A stretch of DNA of 64,000 nucleotides from Candidatus Micrarchaeia archaeon. Its GTDB lineage: Archaea; Micrarchaeota; Micrarchaeia; Anstonellales; Anstonellaceae. The position numbers and the translations under genes were made by a program. Positions 55,139 to 64,000 of this stretch are shown in pieces. The stretch spans positions 107,350 through 171,349 of the forward strand of contig JBAYHU010000002.1 of NCBI GenBank assembly GCA_041665945.1, given 5' to 3'. Every line of letters begins with the position of its first letter. The first letter of the stretch is position 1. Below the pieces are notes generated by a model, which worked only from the letters and a program-made list of their open reading frames with translations, was not told the DNA's origin and searched no databases.

Positions 55139-55906
55139 TTAATCCTTCTTCTCGATCACGAGGAACCTCTCCTCGCGCGGCTCGTCGTAGACCTTGCGGA
55201 TTGCCTCGACTTGTATTTCGCGGATTTTCGCGCTTGCGCCCTTGGCGAGCTCGAAGCCGCGTGCGAGTTCCTCGGGCGTGAGCATGCCGTCCATCTGGAA
55301 CAGCAGCACATCGCCGGTGCGGGGCGAGAACGCAATCGGCATGTCGGATTCGCCGAAGTTGTCCTCCTCCTTGCCCGGGTCGACCGCCATCTGCCCGTCT
55401 ATCTTGCAGACCGCCACCGCGTTCACGAGGTCCTTCATGGGGATTCCCGCGTCTGCGAGAGCCACTGCCGCAGCAGTTACCGCAGCGCAGCGCGTTCCGC
55501 CGTCGGACTGGAGAACCTCGAGGTAAATTTCAATCTGCGTCTTGGGGAAGTTCTCGGAAATTATGACATTCTCGAACGCTTCCTTGATGACTTTTGAGAG
55601 TTCCTTTGAGCGGCGGTTCGGCCCGCTGCGTCCGTGCTCCTCCGCGCCGGAGAAGGGCGCCATGTTGTAGCGGCACTTCACGATTGCGCGGTAGAGCGAC
55701 TGGTCGTGCCTCGGAATGCACTCCGAGGGGCCGTAGACGCCCGCGAGAATCTTGTTCTTGCCCCACTCAATGTAAGCGGAGCCGTCGGCGTCGTTCAGCA
55801 CGCGCGCGACTATCTTCAGAGGGCGCACGTCTTCCACGCTTCGCCCGTCCACGCGCTTCCCGTCCTTGAGAAGCACCGGCTTGTTTGCTGCATTTCCACC
55901 CATCAT
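55139..55906 (-). CDS. rrp41: exosome complex exonuclease Rrp41 (RNase PH)
   Basis: DGRSVEDVRPLKIV... and GGTRCAAVTAAAVALADAGIPM RNase PH motifs. Confidence 0.85.
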   Translation of the reverse strand: MMGGNAANKPVLLKDGKRVDGRSVEDVRPLKIVARVLNDADGSAYIEWGKNKILAGVYGPSECIPRHDQSLYRAIVKCRYNMAPFSGAEEHGRSGPNRRSKELSKVIKEAFENVIISENFPKTQIEIYLEVLQSDGGTRCAAVTAAAVALADAGIPMKDLVNAVAVCKIDGQMAVDPGKEEDNFGESDMPIAFSPRTGDVLLFQMDGMLTPEELARGFELAKGASAKIREIQVEAIRKVYDEPREERFLVIEKKD

Positions 55907-55930
55907 ATCACCGTTTCAATTATGAATTTT

Positions 55931-56710
55931 TTACTGCCTGTTCGAGTTTCCCCTGTAGCCGCCGGAGTGCGGGCGCGAGCCGCCGCTCCTGTATCCGCCT
56001 TCGCGCGGGCCGCTGCTGCGGTATCCGCCCTCGCGCCTCTCGTGCTGCTCTTCCTGCGGAGGCATCTGCGGCTGCTGCGGAGCGCCTGCCCCTTGGTCGA
56101 TTATGATTTGGGGCTGGGACTTGAGGAATGCCGCAACGCGGTCGGTAAGACCAGTCGTGTGCGCCTGCGCCTCAATCATCTTCACAGCCTTCTCGGCAAG
56201 CGGGGCGTTTCCCTTGCCCGCAATCCATACGTAGCCGTTCCTGCCCGCGAATATGTCGCAGCCGGTCGTTGCCTTTATCATGTCAATCATCGAGTTTTTC
56301 TTGCCGATGATTCTAGGTATTTTCACGGATGACACCTTCACCAGCTTGCCCGGCGGAAGCTTCATCGCGTCGTTGAGTTCCGTCGAGCGGACCTCGTCAA
56401 TCATGGCGATTTTCGCGAAAAGCGCGTCGCCCATCACGTATCTCTCGCGGATTTCCCTCGAGGAGAGGAACGCGGGGTATGCGCAGTTCATTTGGACCGA
56501 GTAGCCGGAAAATTTGACTTCTGTCACGATTCCGACAACGTAGTCGTCGGGCAGCGGCTCATACGGGCCTTCGAGCGGCACGAGTTTCCCCTCGTGGTAA
56601 AGCCCGACCACCGTGGAGTAGGTTTTTCCGTTCGCCACGTACGCGTAACTTATCCTGTCGGGCTTGTCGGATATCATCTCGCCCGGCATCACGATTTTTC
56701 CTTCCATCAT
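55931..56710 (-). CDS. rrp4: exosome RNA-binding subunit Rrp4 (S1 + KH) with C-terminal Gly/Tyr/Arg-rich tail
   Basis: S1 and KH (RIIGKKNSMIDMIKATTGCDI) domains. Tail EGGYRSSGPREGGYRSGGSRPHSGGYRGN. Confidence 0.8.
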   Translation of the reverse strand: MMEGKIVMPGEMISDKPDRISYAYVANGKTYSTVVGLYHEGKLVPLEGPYEPLPDDYVVGIVTEVKFSGYSVQMNCAYPAFLSSREIRERYVMGDALFAKIAMIDEVRSTELNDAMKLPPGKLVKVSSVKIPRIIGKKNSMIDMIKATTGCDIFAGRNGYVWIAGKGNAPLAEKAVKMIEAQAHTTGLTDRVAAFLKSQPQIIIDQGAGAPQQPQMPPQEEQHERREGGYRSSGPREGGYRSGGSRPHSGGYRGNSNRQ

Positions 56711-56739
56711 ATCACCATTCTTTTCGAAATGCGAATGCC

Positions 56740-57432
56740 TTACTTCACGATTTTCGTCTCGGCCTGCCCTGCCGTTGCCTTGTTCAATCGCTCGTAGAAT
56801 TCCCCCTGCGCTCCGGCAGGCATCTCAACGACGACCACGAGGCTCCCGTCCCGCGTCCATTCCTCTTTTTGTATGCCGTAGCCCTTGAGCATCCCGTAGA
56901 TGCGCTGGGCGAACGACGGCGAAATCTTCGCGGCGATTTTCACGCGCTCGAACTTCATGGGGATTATCGGGCGCATCGCCTTGATGACGTCTTCTATTTG
57001 CTCGGCGACTTCCTTGAACGCGTCGATGTGCACGCGCGACTCCTCAAGCGCCTGTTCCAATCGCATCTGTGTGTGCGGGCCGCCCGTCCTCGGGTCGATG
57101 CACTCGCGCGCGAGGAAGGCGATTACCTGCTTCTTGCGCTCGGCCAGCATCTTGCGCTTCTGGTCGGTCGTCAGCTGCAAGTCCCCCTTCCTGAGAATCC
57201 GCTCGGCAATCACGTAAATGTCCGTGGTGCCGAACGCCTTTTGCAATGAAGAGGTCGTGTGCCGCTCGCCCTTGTGGAAGTTCTTGAAAACCTCCTCGAC
57301 GGTCAGCACGTTGTTGAGCTCTTTTTTCTGCCCGGTCTTGTACAATTGCGCAAGGTCAGGGTCGACCATTATCTCGTACCGCTCGCCGTTGATGTCCATG
57401 TGGGCGGTGATTGAGTTTTCGATGGTCGTCAT
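56740..57432 (-). CDS. sdo1: ribosome maturation protein Sdo1 (SBDS family)
   Basis: FYSH N-terminal domain (ERYEIMVDPDLAQLYKTG). About 230 aa. Confidence 0.85.
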   Translation of the reverse strand: MTTIENSITAHMDINGERYEIMVDPDLAQLYKTGQKKELNNVLTVEEVFKNFHKGERHTTSSLQKAFGTTDIYVIAERILRKGDLQLTTDQKRKMLAERKKQVIAFLARECIDPRTGGPHTQMRLEQALEESRVHIDAFKEVAEQIEDVIKAMRPIIPMKFERVKIAAKISPSFAQRIYGMLKGYGIQKEEWTRDGSLVVVVEMPAGAQGEFYERLNKATAGQAETKIVK

Positions 57433-57457
57433 CGCATCATCTTTTTGCGCGGCGCGC

Positions 57458-58165
57458 TTACTTGAGGTATTTCTCGACCTCTTTCTGCGTGAGAACCTTG
57501 AACTCCTTGGTCTTCATTGTCGCGACAGCGATTTCAAGCGTGTCGGGCTTGATTTGCAGGTCGCCGGACTTCTTGAGAGCCTTGATTGCAAGCGCAATCG
57601 CCTCGTCCTGCGAGAGGTTCTGCTTGTATTCCTTCTCGAAGAACTCCTCGACTTCCTTCTTGCCAGAGCCCACCGCATCCGCGAGGTAGCCCGTGAGCGC
57701 GCCTGACGGCTCTGCTTCGTAAAGCCTCGGCTCGGAGTCAACTCCGCCGACCAGAAGGGATACGCCGAACGGGCGGATTCCCCCATACTGGGTGTAGACC
57801 TGCATGAGGTCGCAAAGCTCCTTGGAAATCAATTCGACGGACGCCGGCTCGGAGTACGCGAGGCGGTGCCTCTGCGATTCAAGGCGGGCGAGGTCAACAA
57901 GGCGGCGGGCGTCGGCGATAAGACCGGATGCCGTTGCCGCGATGTGCCTGTCGATTTCGAATATCTTCTTCATGGATTCGGGAACGAGAAGCTTGGAGGG
58001 CGCGTTCTTGTACGCCATGAGAAGCACTCCGTCCTCGAAGACCATGCCGATTGCCGTTGCTCCCCTCTTGACAGCTTCCTTGGCGTATTCCACCTGGAAG
58101 AGCCGCCCGTCGGGCGAGAAAACGGTGATTGCCCGGTCATATGCCTGTTGCGCTGGAGGATACAT
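57458..58165 (-). CDS. psmA: proteasome subunit alpha
   Basis: YDRAITVFSPDGRLFQVEYA N-terminal signature. ATG 58163-58165 is preceded by a GAGGTGG SD; the track ORF extends upstream. Confidence 0.9.
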   Translation of the reverse strand: MYPPAQQAYDRAITVFSPDGRLFQVEYAKEAVKRGATAIGMVFEDGVLLMAYKNAPSKLLVPESMKKIFEIDRHIAATASGLIADARRLVDLARLESQRHRLAYSEPASVELISKELCDLMQVYTQYGGIRPFGVSLLVGGVDSEPRLYEAEPSGALTGYLADAVGSGKKEVEEFFEKEYKQNLSQDEAIALAIKALKKSGDLQIKPDTLEIAVATMKTKEFKVLTQKEVEKYLK

Positions 58166-58328
58166 AGGTTCCACCTCTACAGAGATTTTCTGCCTCATTC
58201 TTAAGAGAAGACACAATTACTAAGTCGGTCTCCTTTTTGTTTTCTTGTTTACGTCCCTATTGTCCATGGGAGGGTTTAAAAGGTTTCTTGGGAGGCGACG
58301 GGTTGGGCGTTCGACGCCGGAGGGGCGC

Positions 58329-58724
58329 TTACTTCGGCTCCTGCCGCGTGATGCCCTTCACTTTGTCAAAATCCCGGTCATAGCTGCAGATTACGCCTAT
58401 GCCGGCAAGTTTCATCGTGGCGGCGTGGAATGCGTCAGTAACCTGCAAGCCGTCTTTTATGTAATGTATGGAAGCGATGGCTGTTTTTTCATCTATTGGC
58501 AAGACTGAGAGGGCGTTGAGGGAGGAAACGTGCTTATGGGCGTCTTCGACTCCAGCTATGCCCCGCGCCTCCTGCAGAAAATAGAACACCTCGTTGATGA
58601 CAAGGGCGCTCGTGGTAGCGTGCTGCTCCCCTCTGGCGACCCTGTCCAAAAGCGCCCGGGATTTCTTCCCTTTCTCAAGCGAATCGGTATAGGCGTAGAT
58701 AAAGATATTCGCATCAATGAACAT
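58329..58724 (-). CDS. vapC: PIN-domain ribonuclease toxin VapC
   Basis: MFIDANIFIY...D...HAAT has the PIN acidic residues. It overlaps the upstream antitoxin gene. Confidence 0.75.
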   Translation of the reverse strand: MFIDANIFIYAYTDSLEKGKKSRALLDRVARGEQHATTSALVINEVFYFLQEARGIAGVEDAHKHVSSLNALSVLPIDEKTAIASIHYIKDGLQVTDAFHAATMKLAGIGVICSYDRDFDKVKGITRQEPK

Positions 58725-58965
58725 TCTTCATTACCTCTGCGACTTTCCGCTTTTCGAGCTTGGTCATGAGCTTGTCCACTTCATCGGTTGTGTAGATTGC
58801 GTGCTTCGCCCTGATTTTCTCAAGCTCCTTCACAGGATCGTACTTTTCAAGGACGATTTTCCCCCCTTCGACGTTGACATTGAGGTTTGTCCCAGGGGTT
58901 ATTTTCAGCATGTCCCGTATGTATTTGGGAATGACAATCTGCCCTCGCTCGTAGACTTCGACCAT
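58714..58965 (-). CDS. vapB: AbrB/SpoVT-type (swapped-hairpin) antitoxin VapB
   Basis: MVEVYERGQIVIPKYIRDMLKITPGTNLNVNVEGGKIVLEK is a SpoVT/AbrB-like DNA-binding domain. Start chosen at the internal ATG of track ORF 58714..59073. Confidence 0.65.
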   Translation of the reverse strand: MVEVYERGQIVIPKYIRDMLKITPGTNLNVNVEGGKIVLEKYDPVKELEKIRAKHAIYTTDEVDKLMTKLEKRKVAEVMKNVH

Positions 58966-59109
58966 GGGAATCACTAATTCATACTGGTCGGTATGAATTT
59001 TATAATGATATGCCCCGAAGCCCAAAAGCTCACCAGATGAAACTGCTTTTGCGGTGTTTAAAAGGAAAAGCAAAGCTGGATGCCGGTGAAATAAAGAGAA
59101 AGGCGGGAT

Positions 59110-60534
59110 TCAGAGCTTTTCCTTCTTGCTTGGTCTTGTGAGCCGCTTTTCGGACATCAATAAGTCGAATTGCCGCTCTGTCAGCAGCTTTTCCTCCAGA
59201 ACCACTTGTTTGATGCCCTTGCCTTCCTTTTGGGCGCGCTTGACAAGCTCGCTCATTTTCGCGTAGCCGAAATAGGGGGCGAGCGCGGTGAGCGAGATTA
59301 GGGTGGATTCGAGGTTTTTCCTGATTTTCTCGCGGTTTATCTTCAAGCCTGCGATGCAGTCCTTGCGAAGCATGGCACAGCCGTTCGCCATGAGGGTTTG
59401 CGACTCGGATAGGCAGTGGAGGATAAGCGGAGTTTGAACGTTGAGCTGGAGCTGCCCGCCGATTGTGGCGAGTTCAACCGAGCGGTCGTTGCCAAGCACG
59501 CGGTTTGCAATCATCTCGGCGCATTCCGGCACAGAGGGATTCACTTTTCCGGGCATGATGGACGAGCCGGGCTCGACTTCGGGAAGCTGGTATTCGCCAA
59601 GCGCGGTATTCGGACCGGATGACAAGAGCTTCAGGTCGTTTGAGAGCTTGTGCATGGTGAGCGCAAGGGCGCGGAGCGCGGCGGAATAGTTCGCAAAGTC
59701 GGATGCCTGCGCTGTGAGGCGGAAGAGGTTCTTGCCTTCAACAACGCGGATGCCTGTGTTTATGGCGATGCGCTTTGTTACGAGGCGCTTGTAGTTTGGA
59801 TGGGTGTTTATTCCGGAGCCAAGCGCGGTTGCGCCTATGGGCAGTTCGCGGAGCTCATCTGCGGCAGCGTTGAGGCAGGAAATGTCCTTGCGAAGAGCGG
59901 ATGAAAAAGCGGAAAGTTCGTCGCCGACTGTGAGGGGGACTGCGTCCATAAGGTGCGTCCTGCCTGCCTTTACGACCTTGGAGAATTCGCGCGCCTTCCT
60001 GTCTATTTCGCGGGCGAGCTTTTCCGCTTCTGCCACGACTTGCGGATGCTCGGAGAGAAGAGTGAGGCGGATTGCCGTGGGAATTGCGTCGTTGGAAGAC
60101 TGGGACATGTTCACCGAGTTGTTCGGGTGCACGAGCTTGTAGCTGCCCTTTTTCCCGCCAAGCAATTCTTCCGCGCGGTTGGCAAGCACTTCGTTCATGT
60201 TCATGTTGAAGGGGGTGCCTGCGCCTGCTGTGAAGGAGTCAAGAGGGAACTGGGAGGAAAAGCGGGATTTTGAGGATGGGGCTGAAGAAAACTCTTCAGC
60301 GACCTCTTTTGCCGCCCTTGCGATTGCCGAGCCGGTGCGGGTTTTGAGGGAGCCGGTTGCCACGTTCGCCTCTGCCGCGCTTTTCTTCACAAGAGCAAGC
60401 TGTCGAATGAAGGTGCGCGAGGGGCGGTGGGAAGAGATGCGGAAGTTGTTGCCTGCGCGGACTGTGAAAATGCCGAAATACGCTTCGGACGGAACTGACA
60501 CTTTGCCTATGAAATCCTCTTCAATGCGTGCCAT
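59110..60534 (-). CDS. fumarate hydratase class II / aspartate ammonia-lyase family enzyme
   Basis: GSSIMPGKVNP signature, N-terminal FumC/AspA-like region. About 470 aa. Confidence 0.8.
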   Translation of the reverse strand: MARIEEDFIGKVSVPSEAYFGIFTVRAGNNFRISSHRPSRTFIRQLALVKKSAAEANVATGSLKTRTGSAIARAAKEVAEEFSSAPSSKSRFSSQFPLDSFTAGAGTPFNMNMNEVLANRAEELLGGKKGSYKLVHPNNSVNMSQSSNDAIPTAIRLTLLSEHPQVVAEAEKLAREIDRKAREFSKVVKAGRTHLMDAVPLTVGDELSAFSSALRKDISCLNAAADELRELPIGATALGSGINTHPNYKRLVTKRIAINTGIRVVEGKNLFRLTAQASDFANYSAALRALALTMHKLSNDLKLLSSGPNTALGEYQLPEVEPGSSIMPGKVNPSVPECAEMIANRVLGNDRSVELATIGGQLQLNVQTPLILHCLSESQTLMANGCAMLRKDCIAGLKINREKIRKNLESTLISLTALAPYFGYAKMSELVKRAQKEGKGIKQVVLEEKLLTERQFDLLMSEKRLTRPSKKEKL

Positions 60535-60651
60535 CGAGATACCCCCCGATTTATTCTTGTTATAAGAATTAAAGAAGCTTTGCCGGGCGGCTTGCCCAAG
60601 CCCCTTCTGCCAGCCGGTGTTGCAGGCAAAGAAGCTTTGCCGGGCGGCTGC

Positions 60652-61443
60652 CTAAACCTGCTTGCCCTCGCCCGTGTTGTAGGAAATCATGCGGCGAATC
60701 ATGTCGCACATCTCGTAGAACTCCGGGTCGCGCTCGTGGTCGTATCTCGGGCGCGGGATGTCAATCGGGATGTCGCCAATCACCCTGCCCGGGCGCTTGG
60801 AAAGCACGATGACGCGGTCAGCCATCATCACTGCTTCTTCTATCAGGTGGGTAATCATGAGGAAGGTGTTGGTGACTGTTTTCGCGTCGTTCCAGATTTC
60901 CAGAACATCGCGGCGCAATTGGTTCGCCGTCATGGCGTCAAGCGCGGAGAAGGGCTCGTCCATGAGCAAAACGCAGGGCTCAACGGCAAGGGCGCGGGCT
61001 ATTCCCACGCGCTGCTTCATGCCGCCCGAAAGCTCGTAGGGGTAGGCGTCGGCAAAGTCGTCGAGGTCCATGAGCCGGATGTATTTGAGAACGGTGGGCT
61101 TGCGCTTTTCCTTCGGAACCCCGATGGACTGCAAGCCGAGTTCTATGTTCTCGTAAACAGTGCGCCAGGGAAGAAGCGCGAATGTCTGGAAAATCATCGC
61201 AGAGGTGCGGGGATTTGGCCCTGTGATGTCGCGCCCGCGGAAAAGCGCCTTGCCCGTTGTCGCAGTGTCAAGCCCGGCAACAATCCGGAGAAGAGTGGAC
61301 TTGCCGCAGCCGGACGGCCCCAAGACGCACACGAACTCGTGCTCGTTTATGGAAAATGAGACGTCGTCGAGGATTTTCTTCCTCATCCTGCCCTCGGAAT
61401 ATTCCCTGCCCACGTGCTTGACTTCTATTTCGGGAACGAACAT
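60652..61443 (-). CDS. ABC transporter ATP-binding protein (NitT/TauT aliphatic sulfonate/nitrate family)
   Basis: Walker A GPSGCGKST, ABC signature LSGGMKQRVGIARAL, Walker B LLMDEPFSALD. Confidence 0.9.
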   Translation of the reverse strand: MFVPEIEVKHVGREYSEGRMRKKILDDVSFSINEHEFVCVLGPSGCGKSTLLRIVAGLDTATTGKALFRGRDITGPNPRTSAMIFQTFALLPWRTVYENIELGLQSIGVPKEKRKPTVLKYIRLMDLDDFADAYPYELSGGMKQRVGIARALAVEPCVLLMDEPFSALDAMTANQLRRDVLEIWNDAKTVTNTFLMITHLIEEAVMMADRVIVLSKRPGRVIGDIPIDIPRPRYDHERDPEFYEMCDMIRRMISYNTGEGKQV

Positions 61444-61453
61444 GCCTGCACCT

Positions 61454-63202
61454 TCACACGTTTTCGAACTTGAACCGCTCCGCGTAATTGAAAAGCGGCC
61501 GCCATATCAAGTAATTCATCAGAAGCACAATCGCGCTCATGGTCGCGACAATCAGCGTTATTTCCCACGGCTCCGGGACCGCGGCAAGCGTTGCCTGGTT
61601 GAGGTACGCCCCCAGCCCCTGCACCTGGTATACTTGCCCGCCGTAATTTATATATTCGCTGACAATCAGCGCGTTCCACGCCCCGCCCCATGCCTGTATG
61701 CTTCCAAGCAGAAGCCCGGGGATTATCGCGGGGAAGACCACGGTGGAATAGAACTGCCATCCGCGCAGGTCGAACGCGCGGGACGCCTCGAGGATGTTGC
61801 CGGGAATGGACTTCACAGCCCCGACTATGTTGAAGAACAGGTACCACTGCGTGCCTGTGAGGAGCAGCAGGATTGACGCAATTTCCACGCTCATGCCTGA
61901 CCCGCCGAACATGGAAATCACCATTATCACTATGAAGGGGAAAAGCGCGAGCGCGGGAGTGGACTGCCCGATGTCAAACATGGGCATGAAAATCGCCTGG
62001 AGCTTCTTGCTTCGCGCGACCGCGATTCCCGCGACAAGCGTCCAGGCAAGGGCGATTATGTACGCCACGAAAATCCTGCTTGCGGAATAAAGCCCGAAGA
62101 GCGGGAGATTCTGCAGGTTGGGGCGCGTGTCAAGCACGTGGGCAAGGCTTTGCAAAGGGAGCACGGAGAGCGCTGCCGCCACGAAAAACGCGAGGCACGC
62201 CATGATGGTCGCGAAGAGGAACACGTAAAGCGCGATTGTGAGGAGCGTCGCCCTTGTATGCCGCTTCTTGGAGGGCACGTGCTCGAGGAAGCGGAATGTC
62301 TTGCCGTACCTCTGCTGCAGCGACACCATGAACAGGTCCAGCCTGTCGCCGTATTTCGCGTCGAGCTTGTCCACGAAATAGATGAGGTGGCGGATGGGCC
62401 CGAACTCGGAATACACCAGCGGCTGCGTGCCTTCGGACACCATGGTCTGGGTGTTGAAGTATTTGGCGAACTCGGACAGGGGCTTCCACACAAAGGAGTT
62501 GATGAAGAAAACCACGAAGACAAACACGCAGAGCCCGAGGAAAGCCGAGGGCAGGTTGCCGAGGGAGAACACCGCGCTGCCGAGGAACGAGCCTATGCCG
62601 GGGAGCACGTGCACGGACGTCCCGTAGGAGAGCATCTCCGCGGCGACGAGGAAATACCAGCCGCCGCCCCACGCGAGGATGGAGCCGGTGACAAACGAGG
62701 GGAAAATTGCGGGAAGGACAATGTGGCGCACGTAGCGCCAGCCGCGCACCCCGAATGCGTTGGAAGCCTCGCGCAGGTCGTTGGGGATGTTGCGCACCGC
62801 GCCAAGCACGGAGAATGTGACAGCCCACGCCATGCCGGTGAAGATGAGAAGGATGGAGGCAAGCTCGTAGCCAAGCTCGCCCGGAAGCGCGCCTGAGAAC
62901 ATCAGAATCACGGGGGGCAGGTAGCCAAGCACGGGAATCGATTGCAGGATGTCAAGCACGGGAAGGAGGAAAATGCGCGGGCGGCGGTAAAGCCCCGCGA
63001 TTATGCCGAATGTCAGCCCGAATATCACGACAAGGACATAAGCCGCGAGCATGCGCAGCACCGAGCGGAAGACAAAATAGGGGAGAAGCAGCACCTGCGG
63101 GTTTGCAAACACGCTGTCCCACTGCCCAAAATAAGTGAACACGACCGCCGGCGCGGCAAGAAGGGTGAGAAGGACGGCGATTATCGTCTTGAGGTTTTTC
63201 AA
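61454..63202 (-). CDS. ABC transporter permease, fused tandem BPD-type transmembrane domains
   Basis: Two repeats of the about 6-TM permease unit with EAA-like loops (EASRAFGL/EASNAFGV). About 580 aa. Confidence 0.8.
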   Translation of the reverse strand: MKNLKTIIAVLLTLLAAPAVVFTYFGQWDSVFANPQVLLLPYFVFRSVLRMLAAYVLVVIFGLTFGIIAGLYRRPRIFLLPVLDILQSIPVLGYLPPVILMFSGALPGELGYELASILLIFTGMAWAVTFSVLGAVRNIPNDLREASNAFGVRGWRYVRHIVLPAIFPSFVTGSILAWGGGWYFLVAAEMLSYGTSVHVLPGIGSFLGSAVFSLGNLPSAFLGLCVFVFVVFFINSFVWKPLSEFAKYFNTQTMVSEGTQPLVYSEFGPIRHLIYFVDKLDAKYGDRLDLFMVSLQQRYGKTFRFLEHVPSKKRHTRATLLTIALYVFLFATIMACLAFFVAAALSVLPLQSLAHVLDTRPNLQNLPLFGLYSASRIFVAYIIALAWTLVAGIAVARSKKLQAIFMPMFDIGQSTPALALFPFIVIMVISMFGGSGMSVEIASILLLLTGTQWYLFFNIVGAVKSIPGNILEASRAFDLRGWQFYSTVVFPAIIPGLLLGSIQAWGGAWNALIVSEYINYGGQVYQVQGLGAYLNQATLAAVPEPWEITLIVATMSAIVLLMNYLIWRPLFNYAERFKFENV

Positions 63203-63276
63203 CTATCGCACCCGCTGCACTTGTGTTGGAAAAATGAAAAGGAAAAATGAAAAAGAAAAAAAAGGGATGAAGGCGC

Positions 63277-63792
63277 TTAGGACGCCTTCACTGTCTTGGT
63301 GACGAGGTTCGCGCTCACCGTGCGGAGGGGGTAGTTGTCGCCATCCTCCTCGTTGTGGTAGAACACCCAAATCTTGCCTGAGAAGTCAGCGCCCGGGTTC
63401 GTCTCAAAGGGCGTGATGCCATCGACCTTTGTGCAGATGGGCTGCGTGGCGGTGGTGTTGCCGAGGTCGTAGGTGGACTGCTTGAGCATCGTCATGTTGG
63501 CGAAGTAGCCGTGCCCGGATGACGGAGCCTCGGGCGCGTTCGGGGTCTTGTCCGCCGTGCAGACCACACCCACGAGCTTGATGTTGTTCGGGTTGCCATT
63601 CGTCAGGGGGAGGAACAGATTGCCCGCCGTGTCGATGAGAGGCGCTCCGCATGTGAAGCCCACGCGCTCGAAGGAGCATCCCTGCGGGGCGGAGAACAGG
63701 TTGAGCGAAACGAGTATCGCAATCACGATGACAATGACCAAGAGAGCCCAGCCATAGGTCATCAGGTATTCCATAGCCGCTTGGGCTTTCAT
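63277..63792 (-). CDS. archaeal type IV pilin-like protein (class III signal peptide)
   Basis: KKMKAQAAMEYLMTYGWALLVIVIVIAILV is a prepilin-peptidase-type motif with a hydrophobic helix. Start ambiguous (the track ORF extends to 63834). Confidence 0.6.
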   Translation of the reverse strand: MKAQAAMEYLMTYGWALLVIVIVIAILVSLNLFSAPQGCSFERVGFTCGAPLIDTAGNLFLPLTNGNPNNIKLVGVVCTADKTPNAPEAPSSGHGYFANMTMLKQSTYDLGNTTATQPICTKVDGITPFETNPGADFSGKIWVFYHNEEDGDNYPLRTVSANLVTKTVKAS

Positions 63793-63872
63793 TTTCTTCA
63801 GAATGTTTCCAGTCAACCAAACCACCTCTATCAATCATCATTCATCCTGTCGTGTTTCCAATCAAAGGAATA

Positions 63873-64000
63873 TCATACGTAAATGTTCGAAAGCATCCCC
63901 TCAAGCAGGTAGGACGTCACGAAGAATATCACAAGCGAAACCGCGAGGAGCACAGGCACATAGGGGATGCCGTCGCGCTTGCTGCCCTTTGAAATCACGC
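63873..64000 (-). CDS. C-terminal fragment of a membrane protein (5' end lies outside the window)
   Basis: Minus-strand ORF runs off the right edge. It ends ...IPYVPVLLAVSLVIFFVTSYLLEGMLSNIYV with TGA at about 63873. Confidence 0.3.
   Translation of the reverse strand, partial: VISKGSKRDGIPYVPVLLAVSLVIFFVTSYLLEGMLSNIYV

Noticed and set aside
60573-60648. 21-bp direct repeat AAAGAAGCTTTGCCGGGCGGC (2 copies) between the ABC transporter and fumarase genes
   Set aside because: Each copy is just a short hairpin (GGCAAAGaagCTTTGCC) in a terminator/promoter spacer. Too short and isolated to call a repeat element or CRISPR.

Overview
Archaeal chromosomal segment (about 58% GC, strong G/C bias at codon third positions, leaderless and Shine-Dalgarno starts, TATA/BRE promoters). 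It is densely packed with housekeeping genes on both strands.

Main gene content, left to right:
- DnaJ.
- Class I LysRS, an Ogt-domain protein, and ribosomal protein L10e.
- A ribosomal L1-P0-P1(L12) cluster with no L11 gene, interrupted upstream by a 732-aa coiled-coil winged-helix protein.
- Two lipoprotein genes.
- A small accessory patch: an RHH-MazF toxin-antitoxin pair, a winged-HTH protein, a SAM methyltransferase, and a divergent pair of KaiC-like ATPases (one with a degenerate Walker A) plus a small membrane protein.
- Proteasome beta subunit, aCPSF1, a LysW-like zinc-ribbon mini-gene translationally coupled to a large surface protein, AspRS, a KH protein and Alba.
- GlmU, GlmM, a Sec61-beta-like mini-gene, an HD hydrolase and an AMMECR1 protein.
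- A second surface protein, SppA and CarS.
- A complete archaeal alternative lower mevalonate operon (phosphomevalonate dehydratase large and small subunits, a UbiD-like decarboxylase, UbiX, isopentenyl phosphate kinase) with an unknown Cys-rich 522-aa protein embedded in it.
- The L44e-S27e-aIF2alpha-Nop10-PAC2 operon, a GINS-like gene, PriS/PriL, tRNA-Thr(GGU) and PurA.
- A DHH phosphoesterase, then the exosome superoperon: PsmA, Sdo1, Rrp4, Rrp41, Rrp42, L37ae, RpoP, Brix, Pcc1 and prefoldin beta.
- A VapBC pair, a fumarase/aspartase-family lyase, an ABC transporter and a class-III-signal pilin.

Several conserved genes under 60 aa are missing from the ORF track: a LysW-like protein, a Sec61-beta-like protein, Nop10, S27e and RpoP.

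The most unusual non-coding signal is a recurring family of short perfect-hairpin arrays with compensatory stem substitutions at gene 3' ends. They occur after dnaJ (where each unit also keeps a Met-Phe-Arg-stop mini-ORF), after the P1 gene, and on both sides of tRNA-Thr (where a 13-bp direct repeat duplicates the tRNA 3' end).

No CRISPR array, rRNA, transposase or integrase gene was seen. Hand-derived coordinates may be off by 1-2 nt.
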